Part shown: positions 47,243 through 58,564 of the stretch, piece after piece
How positions within the stretch are numbered: the stretch's first letter is position 1
Layout: every line of letters begins with the position of its first letter
Assembly (NCBI GenBank): GCA_951406725.2
Contig: OX597820.1
Location: forward strand, 78,802,001 to 78,866,000
DNA from: Octopus vulgaris
Lineage: Eukaryota
Length of the DNA: 64,000 bases
Direction: 5' to 3'
The notes under the pieces: generated by a model
What the model was told of the DNA's origin: nothing
Databases searched by the model: none
The model's input: only the letters and a program-made list of their open reading frames with translations
Translations under genes and position numbers: made by a program

Positions 47243-47800
47243 TTGTGTTTGACTTTTGCATTTGTACAAGTTGGCTCCAATTTTCACCCAGAGACTTCAA
47301 GAGACAACAAGTTAGAAGTTCATGTTGGTGTTATGCCTAGGGTGCCATGCATTTGGTTTTGTACATAGTGTTGTTCTAGAGAATGTTTAAGAAAATATAA
47401 GAAAATTGTTTGTTTTAAAATTTGAGATCACATAGAAAGTATTTTGCGTAGGATATGAGCAGTTCCCATGAGCACTATCTTTTGAATTTCTGCCATTTTG
47501 GGGTTTCCTGGTATCTGAGCTAGGTTGCAATCAGCCGCTTTTGCTATCATTCCCAGGGCACCTATGGCAACGGGTATTGTTTTAGTCTTCAGGTTCCACA
47601 TTTTGCTTATTTCTGTTTCAAGATCTTTATATTTGCTCAGTTTTTGGTAGGTCTTGACAAATACGTTTATATCGATTGGGACAGTCATATCAATGAGGAG
47701 GCATGATTTTTGTCTGAAGACTTTCAATATGATGTCTGGCCTATTTGCATCTATCTTTCTGTCAGTTTGAATGGCGAGGTTCCAGAGGAGTGAGATGTTA
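47241..47800 (-). mobile_element. R4/Dong-like LINE 3' fragment with restriction-like endonuclease domain (copy 2)
   Basis: LLWNLAIQTDRKIDANRPDII...LLIDMTVP...KLSKYKDL...IPVAIGALG...LMGTAHILRKILSM. Ends in (TAA)n. Confidence 0.85.
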
Positions 47801-47934
47801 TCATTATTATTATTGTTGTTGTTGTTGTTGTTGTATTGTTGTTATTGTTGTTGTTATTATTATTATCATCATCATCATCATCATTATTATTATTCAATAG
47901 TTCTTTTTCAGTTTTATATTTAAGAGATGAGTAA

Positions 47935-48181
47935 TTATGTACATTATTTACATTATTTACATTTGACGGATATTTGTCTTCATCTTGTTTGTTGTTAACA
48001 CAACGTTTCGGCTGATATACCCTCCTGCCTTCATCAGGTATCTTGGGGAAATTTCGAACTTGGGTTCTCGTTCCTAAGGTATTTTTCGATGTTGTTGTTG
48101 TTGTTGTTATTCAGGTCACTGCCTGGAATCGAACTCGGAATCTTGGAGTTAGTAACCCGTGCTCCTAGCCACTACGCCATA
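47935..48181 (-). mobile_element. tRNA-headed, hammerhead-containing short element (copy 1)
   Basis: Minus strand: TGGCGTAGTGGCTAGG (A box)...GAGTTCGATTCC (B box)...(AAC)n...CTGATGAAGGCAG...CAGCCGAAACGTTGTGTT...AT-rich tail. Confidence 0.75.
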
Positions 48182-48182
48182 C

Positions 48183-48246
48183 GCTACTAACCCCCAGATT
48201 CTGAATTCGATTCCAGGCAGTGACCTAAATAATAATAATACTAATG

Positions 48247-48303
<57 letters not shown>

Positions 48304-48449
48304 GTAACATAGAAAAAAATACCTTAGGAATGAGAACCCAGGTTCGAAATTTCCCCAAGACACCTGATGAAGGCTGGAGGATATATCAGCCGAAACGTTG
48401 TGTTAACAACAAACAAGATGGGGACAAAAAATCCGTCAAATGTAAATAA
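48183..48449 (+). mobile_element. tRNA-headed, hammerhead-containing short element (copy 2, head truncated, inverted relative to copy 1)
   Basis: Reverse-complement homologue of copy 1 starting within the tRNA-like head; internal (AAT)n. Confidence 0.75.
48359..48404 (+). ncRNA. Minimal type-I hammerhead ribozyme
   Basis: Stem I GACAC/GUGUU; core CUGAUGA; extra A; stem II GGCUG-10 nt-CAGCC; GAAA; palindromic ACGU stem III; putative cleavage after GUU (48399). Confidence 0.7.
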
Positions 48450-48776
48450 AGTCTTCTTTTTATTGCGTGCTTTTTCACTGCAATACTGATCGCAATTCTG
48501 TGGACCCTGTTTACGTGTGGTTTGTGTTGTTGTTATTGTTATTTTTCCTGTATTACAAATGCTCTGCGTAAACCATGTGACGTACCTAGCACTTCTATTT
48601 TCTGTATATTATGCATTTATTCGTAAACCCTGAAGTTCAGCTTATGTATTTGTCCGTATGTTCACACCCAAAGCACTTATTATTGCCTTGTTTATGTTTT
48701 CAGGCTCCGCATTCGCGTTATCTTTCTTTCCAGATCTTTGCATGTTGATAGTTTTTGTATTTTATTCCCAGCGTAT

Positions 48777-49193
48777 AGGTGTAGGAGTGGCTGTGTGGTA
48801 AGTAGCTTGCTTACGAACTGCATGGTTCCGGGTTCAGTCCCACTGTGTGGCACCTTGAGCAAGTGTCTTCTACTATAGCCTTGGGCCGACCAAAGCCTTG
48901 CGAGTGAATTTGGTAGACGGAAACTGAAAGAAGCACGTCATATATGTATGTATATATATATGTGTGTGTATGTGTATGTTTGTGTGTCTGTGTTTGTCCC
49001 CCCAACATCGCTTGACAACCGATGCTGGTGTGTTTACGACCCCGTAACTTAGCGGTTCGGCAAAAGACACCGATAGAATAAGTACTAGGCTTACAAAAAA
49101 TAAGTCCTGGGTACGATTTGTTCGACTAAAGGCGGTGCTCCAGCATGGCCACAGTCAAATGACTGAAACAAGTAAAAGAGTTAAGAGTAAAGA
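48777..49193 (+). mobile_element. Family A SINE, full length
   Basis: Complete head, body and tail. Confidence 0.87.
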
Positions 49194-49194
49194 G

Positions 49195-49780
49195 CTCTTT
49201 ACGCTCTGAGTTCAAATGCCGCCGAGGTTAACATTGCCCCTCATCGTTTTCTGGGTCGTTAAAATAACTACCAGTTTTAGTTCTAGGATTGGCATAATTG
49301 ACTCACCCGCTCCCTAAAAATTGTAGGCCATCTGCCTTATATTAAAATGAATTTTTGTTATTACTGTAGTGTCTCTGGAGGCAGCGAGCTGGCAGAATCG
49401 TTAGCACGCTGGACGAAATGCTTAGCGGTATTTCGCCTGTCGCTACGTTCTGAGTTCAAATTCCGCCGAGGTCGACTTTGCCTTTCATCCTTTCGGGCTC
49501 GATTAAATAAGTACCAGTTACCCACTGTGCTGTGATCGATATAATCGACTTAATCCGTTTGTCTGTCCTTGTTTGTCCTCTCTGTGTTTAGCCCCTTGTG
49601 GGTAGTAAAGAAATAGGAATTTCGCCTGTCGCTACGTTCTGAGTTCAAATTCTGCCGAGATCGACTTTGTGTTTCATCCTTTTGGGGTCGATAAATTAAG
49701 TACCAGTGAAACACTGGGGTCGATGTAATCGACCGGTCCCTCCCCCACATGTCAGGCCTTGTGCCTACAGTAGAAAGGGT
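49195..49780 (+). mobile_element. Family B SINEs (diverged fragment plus a two-module copy from 49378)
   Basis: Head GGCAGCGAGCTGGCAGAATCGTTAG; internal module repeated at ~49427 and ~49616. Confidence 0.8.
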
Positions 49781-50162
49781 CATTGTGGTCTCTCTAAATG
49801 AATATGTGAAATAGTGGGTGACTATGAAAAACAAGGGGTTCAGGGCGATTAGACCCGCTTTAGGTATGCCCAGTAGATTGGAGAACAACTGTTGAGTGAA
49901 GGCTTATGTCTTTGGTGGTCAGGATAATTCTGGGTGCGTTGAGTTCCTTGAGTGACCCTGAGTTGGAGGTTCCCTGCATCAGAAGGACTGCATTTATGTG
50001 TCCACGTATTTTATATGCTAAGTATTCTTTTATCTCGAGTCCCCCTACCCTCTCTTTCTTCCCGTCATGTTTAACGTAAACCCAAACACAAACTGTAAAC
50101 TGTTCTTTCAATGTTCCCCTCTTCTAATGCCTCTGAGGAAAATAAAAGAACAGATTATTATC

Positions 50163-50244
<82 letters not shown>

Positions 50245-50940
50245 AAAGCAGCAGCAGCAGCAGCAGCAGAAGTCCATGTGATAAACGTTGAAAGACGAAA
50301 GAGAGCTGCGAACTCTGAATGCTCCAGTAGAGTCGGTGAACACAACCGTGAAAGGGGAGCACTTTCCTTGACAGAAAGGCAGTCTAGGACCTACGCTTTT
50401 TCTCCAATAACTTCGTTAAAAAGTGGGTTGACAAACTTAATATGGCTCGAGTGAATGAAGTTACACTGAGCATGTCCTTTTGGTCAGCAGGCAGTGAACT
50501 GGGAAAAGGAACTTGTCCTTGGCTGTCAGCGTAACTCTGCAGTGTTGGGATTCTTTGTTGTGTCTTTGTGAAGTTTTGTCGAATAGCTGTTGTCGCATAT
50601 AGGACGGATCTCGAGGATAATGCCGAGTCTGACGTGAACAGAACTGAACACTCTTTGTCGTAAGGAAGATTTATATCTGTCAAGTTCCATAATCTCGTGC
50701 CGTGTGGTGATTCTTGTCTCAGGGTGTGTCACTGTGTCCAATCCACTTCTCTAGTATAAGGAGAAACATACAAATTCGACTTCGTTACGACTTGATGTTC
50801 GTTTCTGAATGTATATTCATCAGCCATCAGCCAAGAACTCCCCGTGTCCAGGGATCGGTTTGCCAAGAATCTCCAGTTCACTCTGTGTTGTGTTGCATGC
50901 ATACTGTTGCTGCTTCGTGTAGAAATCTAGTCAAGCGGGG

Positions 50941-51156
50941 TCACAATCACCACTGAGATAACAAAGACGAACAAGGGTTTAAACTTTTTGGAGCCATTTA
51001 TTTTCTACTCGTACGTAACATCATACTGTTGTACCGCGTTTATATACAAATGTATGGCAAGTGTACGCCTGCACGATGTTACGTAAGAGTAGAAAATAAA
51101 TGGTTCCAAAAAATTTAAGCCATTGTTCGGCTTTGTGATCACAGTGGTGGTTGTGA
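50941..51156. mobile_element. Foldback/MITE-like element with ~82-bp imperfect inverted arms
   Basis: TCACAATCACCACTG...CCATTTATTTTCTACTCGTACGTAACATC pairs with GATGTTACGTAAGAGTAGAAAATAAATGG...CAGTGGTGGTTGTGA. Confidence 0.7.
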
Positions 51157-51439
51157 TTCTGCTTGCACGAAGCAGCAACAGTAGAAAAAACTTTGTCGGC
51201 TCATCATTCTAGAAACAGCTGAAAATTGGTCACATTGATACAACGCCACGTTCGCAGTAACATGAAATAACCATTGAAGAGGAACATCCAGGGATGGCAG
51301 CGGGTTTTCTGAGATATAGACGGACACAAAAGGGACAACCCCACCATTTTTCTGAAAACAAAACAACCTCGATTCCAGATACAAACCGGAAATGACTCAC
51401 TTCCGACAAGTTGTGAAAACTAACGCTAAATAGTAATCG

Positions 51440-52030
51440 TTGGAGATAACACAAACTTTTACCGAGGCTCTTGTTTCCATTCCATGTTTTTATGTCATCA
51501 GTCAACGTCTTTGACGGCCTCTTGTTCTCTTCCTTTCCACACTTCCTGTCAGCATAGTCTTTGGCAATGTCTCGTGACACATTGTATGTCCAAATTATCA
51601 AAGTTTTGTAGACTTGATTCTCAACATAGGTGTCTTTGGATTTTCAGCTTCACTAGTACTGTAGCGTTAGTTACCCTATCTGTTCCGCCTATTCTGCCCA
51701 ATCTACGAAAGATCATTATCTCAAGAGCTTCTATCTTTCTTCACATTGCTCTGTACATTGTCCAAGTTTCTGCCCCCGTAGAGGACAATACAGCAGTTTT
51801 CTAGCCTCAATGTTAGGTGCAGTGTTATATATTTTGAAGTGAAGATCTTTTTCATTCTTATAAATGTTGTTTTAGCCTTATTTATTCATTGAACAACTTC
51901 TACTTCACAGCAGCCTCCCGAACGTATTATTTGTCCTAGAAACTTTAACGTTTTCTAATTGCTCCAGTTGTTTCTACCTTGATATTTGCTTCCTTTTGTT
52001 CCAAGTTACTAATAACCATTGTCATTTTAA
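51440..52030 (-). pseudogene. Degenerate RTE-clade LINE C-terminal region
   Basis: Minus strand GAETWTMYRAM*RKIEALEIMIFRRLGRIGGTDRVTNATVL, typical of the RTE post-RT region; several stops and frameshifts. Confidence 0.65.
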
Positions 52031-52693
52031 CCAGTCTATATAAATGTAATCCGCATAAATTATAAACCAGTTTGATAAGCGCCAATGTATGAAACTGTCG
52101 TCCCTTGCGTCACTCAGTAACTTCTGCCGATGAATAACAAAAAAATAATATAACTATAAATATGCACACATTTTGAGTTTTATTTTCCTATTTGTATCAC
52201 CAGACCAGATTATATAATAATATCGCGTGGAAAGAAATTATTATAAAGAATGCGTACAGTCTTTTGTGGGTGAGCGCTGTACACCAAACATATCAAGTAT
52301 AGAGCCCCTGAGACTCCCTTGATTGACCACCAGGTGGTAGTTTCCTTCCTGGGGCATGTTATTTCATTTGCTTTTCACACTGCTGTTTTGACTGCCTTGT
52401 TTTCTCGTATTCTATTCTATGTAAACCCCCCACCCCACCCCACCCCATTGTTATACCTACACAAGTGCTCCTTCACCCGATTTTGTTTCCCCATAACGTT
52501 TAGAAAAAAGGATATTTTGTAATGAATTTTTCTACAAATACCTTTGAGATGGCGTGCATGACGACGATATCGGAATTTGTTGTGAAAATCTTTTCGGGCG
52601 TGGTGGGAAAAAGAGTTTCAGATAATTCATACGAGTTGACTTTGTTTTCTCATGTCTTTTAGTAAAATGGATATTTTTTGCACATTCCGACTA

Positions 52694-52899
52694 CAGTAAT
52701 CTCTCGCCATATCGCGGTTCATCTATCGCGCACTCAGTACATCGCGGATTTTTCTGGCCAATATATGTAAATTTATATCGCGGACTTCTCAATATATCGC
52801 GGGTTTCTGCGGCCGATAGATATTTATATTTTTTTAGATTTTAATTATTTCTGAGGGGGGTTTTGGAGCGTAACACTCGCGATAGTCGAGGAATTACTG
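52694..52899. mobile_element. Tigger/pogo-like MITE (TA TSD)
   Basis: TA|CAGTAATCTCTCG...CGAGGAATTACTG|TA. Confidence 0.8.
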
Positions 52900-53229
52900 T
52901 ATATCGGAATTTGCTTTGAAAATCTTTTCGGGCATGGTGGGGAGAAGAGGTTCAGATAATTCACACGAGTTGACTTTGTTTTCTCATGACTTTCAGAAAA
53001 ATTGATATTTTTAAATGAATAACGGTCCAGCAAGAAACAGCTGAAATAAACGACCATCGCTCTATGGCTGCCTGTGTGCAGGGTCAAAGCTGATGGTTTC
53101 AAGTGGCGTCTTCTACATGTCCCGATTGCCCTTTTCCCTATCAGTATTGGACTTATGAAGAAAGCGCGATGGTGTCAGAGCTGGTGTCTTGGTTTGTTGA
53201 CCAACTAGCATGATGACTATTATCATATC

Positions 53230-53371
53230 GTACATTATTTACATTTGACGGATATTTGTCCTCATCTTGTTTGTTATTAACACAACGTTTCGGCTGATAT
53301 ACTCTCCAGCCTTCATCAGGTGTCTTAGGGAAATTTCGAACCTAGGTTCTCATTCCTCAGGTATTTTTCGA

Positions 53372-53414
<43 letters not shown>

Positions 53415-53512
53415 GTTGTTGTTGTTGTTATTATTATTATTTAGGTCACTGCCTGGAATCGAACTCGGAATCTTGGGGTTAGTAGCCTGCGCTCTTAACC
53501 TCTACGCCATAT
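53230..53512 (-). mobile_element. tRNA-headed, hammerhead-containing short element (copy 3)
   Basis: Minus strand TGGCGTAGAGGTTAAGAGCGCAGGCTACTAACCCCAAGATTCCGAGTTCGATTCCAGG...(AAT)n...hammerhead...tail. Confidence 0.78.
53279..53324 (-). ncRNA. Minimal type-I hammerhead ribozyme
   Basis: GACAC-CUGAUGA-A-GGCUG-GAGAGUAUAU-CAGCC-GAAA-CG-UU-GUGUU; stems intact. Confidence 0.7.
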
Positions 53513-54342
53513 TATTTCAGAAGTGAAATATAGAACTGTATTATCATATTGGTTAAATGTTTGTGCAGAGCTGGTCTCACTCTTTCGTCCTGCAAACTCG
53601 TATTGGCCCGGTACCAGTGCTACGAGTAAAGTAGTTACCAAGATGCAGATTTTGTATAGAGTTAGCTTCTTTCAGATGAGCAGATAAAGAGCTAAAGGGC
53701 CTCATCTGCTTTGGCTGCGTTGGGGGTGTCTGTGAGGAACGTTCTTCCAGAGGCCATCCTGTGGCACGCTAATTAACGCATAACTGGAGCACTGACAGGT
53801 GTTACTACTCGGGGTCAGAGAGAACTGGGAACAACAATTGCTAAGAGGTCATTCTATACACCTCAAAACCCTGCAACATCCGAAAGAGACTATTACTTAA
53901 AGAAATACAAAGACACTCGTGATCCCAGCCAGTTACCCGGTTTACCACCCGCTTTCATTCTTAATCGATTATTCATGTAAAGTATATTGTGGCAGTGTTG
54001 GTAACTGTTGCTCTATTCACTCAAAAGAAGTGAAACCTCTGCTTTTTAAATTATAGCGACTGGAGAAACAGCCATTTTTTATTAAGTGGAGGAAACTCAC
54101 TGTCATGTATATATATATATATCAATTGCTTGTAAGGACCCCCATATTAAGTTACGCAGTCATAATGTACTACTAAGTATATCAAAGGCTTTATAAGTCA
54201 ATACTGTGTCCTACCTGTGTAAGCAGTGCGATTAAATCAATTTTGAAAAAGTGTTTTAATATTCATACTTTCCCAGTGACGATTGATATTGTTCCAGAAG
54301 TGAAATAAGCTTTACCCGACAGTTTACTTTTTAAATCAATAG

Positions 54343-54529
54343 CAATGCTCTGCAACCGGTATGTCGCGGCACACTGGTGTGCCACGAGACGATGCTAGGT
54401 GTGCCGCAGTGTAACCTGAATATATATTTTTTTCGATATACTTTTAGATATATTTTTAGTTCGGGTGTGCTGCCGAATTTTGAAAAGAACATAAGTGTGC
54501 CGCAAGTGAAAAAAGGTTGCAGAGCACTG
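54343..54529. mobile_element. hAT (Charlie-like) MITE
   Basis: TIRs CAATGCTCTGCAACC / GGTTGCAGAGCACTG with internal GTGTGCCG sub-repeats. TSD not conserved. Confidence 0.6.
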
Positions 54530-54592
54530 GTCTATGACATGCAGAGAATGACAGTGATTATTGTATGATGCCCGACTCCCCTTTGCAAGCCT

Positions 54593-54676
54593 CCTTTGTG
54601 GATGCCTTTGTGGATGCCTTTGTGGATGCCTTTGTGGATGCCTTTGTGGATGCCTTTGTGGATGCCTTTGTGGCTG
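54593..54676 (+). repeat. 12-bp minisatellite (CCTTTGTGGATG) x ~7
   Basis: Six perfect units plus one variant unit. Confidence 0.95.
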
Positions 54677-54837
54677 TCCTCATCTGATTCTACAGAAATA
54701 AACTGAACATTGACCAGAATGCAACTTGTCCATATTTTCACACCGCACTCTATTATTATTAACTTCCAACCATTAACCCTTCTGGTGTTGTTGATCCACC
54801 AATGCTTGCTGAAAGCTTCTACATTGCGGTTTATCTA

Positions 54838-55383
54838 TTGGGTTGTCCGGAAAGTTAGCGCCGATTTTTAAAGGACAGAAAAAGGAAAATAAATATTTGC
54901 CATTAGATTTTTAATCAACCAAATATGAACCATTTTTGTTGCACGATGCGTCTCCATCTTTCCGTTAACTTGAAAATACCCTCTTCTCAGTATTGAGGTG
55001 GTTTCATGGCAAAGAATTCATCATGGTATCTTTTTACGTCATCCAAGGAATTGAAATTTTTACCATTAAGACTATTTTGCAGGGACATGAATAAGTAGAA
55101 ATCCGAAGGAGCAATATCTGGTGAATATGGAGGGTGGTGTAACACATCCCATCCGAGCTGCAGCAATTTTTGTCTGGTTCCCAAAGCATCAAGTGCCGAA
55201 AATGAACTTTCTTATCTTCCGTTTTAAAGGGTTACAGAATTAACACAGGTTATAGGAACATAAACCTTTTCCCACGAAAAGATAGCTTAAACTGTGTGCT
55301 CTAAATGGAGGTGTAGTCAAATCCTATTTTATGGACTCAAGGTAAGCTACTATAAATCGGCACGAACTTTCCGGACAACCCAA
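54838..55383 (-). mobile_element. Internally deleted mariner with TIRs and TA TSD
   Basis: TA|TTGGGTTGTCCGGAAAGTT...AACTTTCCGGACAACCCAA|TA. Retains LGWDVLHHPPYSPDIAPSDFYLF (YSPDLAP motif). Confidence 0.9.
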
Positions 55384-55467
55384 TATAATGGCCGCTTTGG
55401 CCATCTGCGGGTTGGACAGGGATACTACAGTAGTCAGCTATTTCCGCTCTGCCTATCAGCACCTTGT

Positions 55468-55700
55468 GAGGGTGCTTGGTTGAGTGGTTAGAGCGTTGGA
55501 CTCGTGATCTTGCAATCGTGGTTTCGATTCCCGGATCGCGAAGTATATTGCATTCTTGAGCAAAACACTTTAATTCACTTTCTTCGATTTCACTCATCAG
55601 TAAAAGAGTAACCCTATGAGCAACCGGTTCTTGGGGAATGTGTTGATCTCAGCCATTTACACACCATAGAAACCGGGTAACCCGGCCCATGTGTTTAAGA
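55468..55700 (+). mobile_element. Family C SINE
   Basis: TGGTTGAGTGGTTAG...GGTTTCGATTCCC...TTCTTGAGCAAAACACTT. Confidence 0.7.
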
Positions 55701-56305
55701 GTTCGAAACACAACTTAATTACTCACTATCAGCACCTTGGCTCAATTTAAACTCGGCTCAGCATTTTAAAAAGAGCCTGTTTTCCAAAAACATAAATGGG
55801 GTAAAATTTAATTTTAGATTCAGTATTTTACTTTATGCTTTTCAGCCCAAAGGCTGTGGCCAAACTGGAGCACCACCATTTATTTATTTACTTGTTCACT
55901 TACATCTTTTACGAATTTTTTTTTTATGGAACTCATCTTTAATCGTCTTCTGAGTCGTTGTTTGTGTTGCAACAATTCCAAATGAATCAACATTCCTAAA
56001 ACAACTGAAGAACGTCAACATATTCTTTTTTAAAGGAATTTATCCAAAATATACAGAATCCGCTATAACCCTTAATTTACACAACACCTCGATTGTGTCT
56101 CTTGACAACGGTGCCAGCTCCCCTTTGAACCATTTTCGTTCTGAAATTGTTTTCCATCGAAATATCAGTTTCAATTCCTCCTGTGTTCTGAAGAACATTG
56201 GGCAGCAAGTTGATGTCACTGGTTTCTGTTGGTTGTGGATTTCTCTACATCCGGTCATGTGATATTGACCTCTCTCACGTCGGTTATGAATATTCTGCGT
56301 CACGA

Positions 56306-57360
56306 AGGCGGCGAGCTGGCAGAATCGTGCACACACAAGTAAGGTGCTTAGCGGCATTTTAACCATCTTTACGTTCTGAGTTCAAACGCTGCCGAGATCG
56401 ACATTGCCTTTCGTGCTTTCGTAGTCGATATAATAGTCTTCCCTCCTTCCTGGAAAACTGCTGGCCTTGTGCTAAAATTTGAAACCAATAATCTGCGTCC
56501 ATTTGAAGGGCTGTTTTACATTGGAAGTTCACAGCTTCCAAAATACATCGGCGTATTCAAATATGAAGAATTTATATCCAAAAGCCTGTTTAACCTTCAC
56601 AGAAATTACTGATGGAATTTTACAAAATGGCGTACATTTTGATCTCTTCATGGAGTAATCCGGTTACACTTACTCGCTGCCGCACTCAGTCTCACATACA
56701 CACATCTACTCACTCATATCCTTTCCTTCACTCACTCATGCCTAAAAGTACATGGTACAAAATACGAAGTACTCTAGAGTGGGTTAGTGTGATGTTTCTT
56801 AAAGGGGTGATGGAGTTATGAGGATTAAAAATTGGATGGGAAAATGGCATGTTTGAGAAAAACCATGATGGCTTTTAAACTTTTTTAACTTGTCTAATAC
56901 CATGACGAAGGAAGAAGACATAGATTAGGCCCAAGGTCAGAAATTTCCGGAGAGGGGATGAGTCGATTACATCGACCCCCAGTGTCCAACTGGTACTTAT
57001 TTTATCAATCCTGAAAGAATAAAAGGCAAAGACAGCCTCTATGGAATTTGATCTCAGAACGTAAAGACGGGAAAAAATGCTGCTATGCACTTTGTCCGGC
57101 ATGCTAACGATTCTGCCAGCTCGCCTCCCTAAAAAGAAAAAATATATTCTTTTCTACTCCAGGCACAAGGTAAGATTTTGGTGGGGAGGGGGCCAGTCGA
57201 TTAGATCGACCCCAATACGCAACTGGTACTTAATTTATGACACCACCCCCTTCGAAAGGATGAAAGGCAAAGTCGACCTCAGGGGAATTTGTAAAGACAG
57301 ACGAAATACCGCAAAGCATTTCGCTCGGCGTGCTTAACTTTTCTGCCAGCTCACTGCCCC
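56306..57360. mobile_element. Three family B SINE copies (56306-56485 +, 56930-57128 -, 57150-57357 -)
   Basis: Head and core homology. The last copy is flanked by the direct repeat AAAAAGAAAAAATATATT. Confidence 0.72.
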
Positions 57361-58513
57361 AAAAAGAAAAAATATATTAATGGAATTCTGCTTATGTCGC
57401 CCTCCTTGTTCACAAGATGATGAAAAGATCTCTCCGTAAAGTTGGAGGGGATCCTTTTCTCAAGGGCCAAAAAAGATCAGCTACAGTTTGGGAGGCGAGA
57501 AAGCTTGGAGCGGGGATGATGCGCGAAGACATCCTTTGCCACTGGATAATAGGTTCAGAGAAGTTGCGTGGCTGGCTGAGTTTCACCTAGTTTAGCAAGA
57601 GTTAAGATTCTCCAGACGTTGTATGTCTTGTTTTTGTCCGAACAGCTGTTGTGTAACTTTGAGCTAACTACCAAGGAAAGTTAGGACATTGAGGTTTTGG
57701 TGACAGGTGTGGATGTGAAGGTGCGAAACACATTTGCCTGAAACCAGTCGGCTAACTCGAAGGGCCATAGTGTTTCAGGCGACGAGAATGTTATGTGATA
57801 GGTAGTTGTGACGAAGCAGTTGTTGGGTGACTCAGTAGGTGCAAAGTTTGAGGAAAATTCCTTTAAAAAGATCCTGAGGATCTTCCTTTGGTCTGTGGGC
57901 GTTCATTCACTGAGAATTATTGCATCCAAGCAATTTAGAAAATCTTTTGGATCAACAAGAGTTTCATAAAAAATGCACAATAAAGGAAAGCAATACATAA
58001 TTATAGAACTAAAAATAAATTTTATTCTTCTATTTTATTTCATTTTTGTGTTTTGTTTACAAGATACTTAATGTGAACTTGTATATTGAAACATATATTG
58101 TGTTTTGGGTGGGTCATTATGCCAATAATAAACACATGCACTGGTTTTATTTCACTTCTTTTATTTATTATCATTAGTCAATTCTTTAACCATTTAAGGC
58201 ATTTTTCGTTTGTCACGTACAAAAAAAATATACTCTACAAAATATATTGAAAAAATCTTCGGTTTAATATTAAACAAACATGTATGTATGTATGTATGTA
58301 TGTATGTATGTATGTATGTATGCACATCTTGTTGTTAAATGCTCGAAATACGAGAGTAGAAAAACAGCCAACAACTGATGAAGGGTTGTTCTTAGTGTTA
58401 TCTGTCTTGTTTTCCATTTGTGTCTTTCGTTGTTCAAAAAAAGTTCATATTCCATGTACTCGTACTTCGTATTTTTTGTTGTACACGTTTCGTGACATCC
58501 TAATGCCCACATA

Positions 58514-58564
<51 letters not shown>

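Noticed and set aside
49790-50930. Minus-strand LINE ORF1/endonuclease remnants (also 57360-57900)
   Set aside because: Coding-like composition but no diagnostic motif I can confirm.
53445-53512. Functional tRNA gene (also other SINE heads)
   Set aside because: A and B boxes are present but acceptor and T stems do not pair, and heads are fused to repeat bodies.
54593-54676. HKGI-repeat peptide
   Set aside because: A 12-bp minisatellite inside a short ORF with no other coding evidence.
58328-58512. Hammerhead from CTGATGAAGG (58375) or the minus-strand GAAACGTGTA
   Set aside because: The two core halves cannot be assembled with proper stems on one strand; at most a truncated PLE end.
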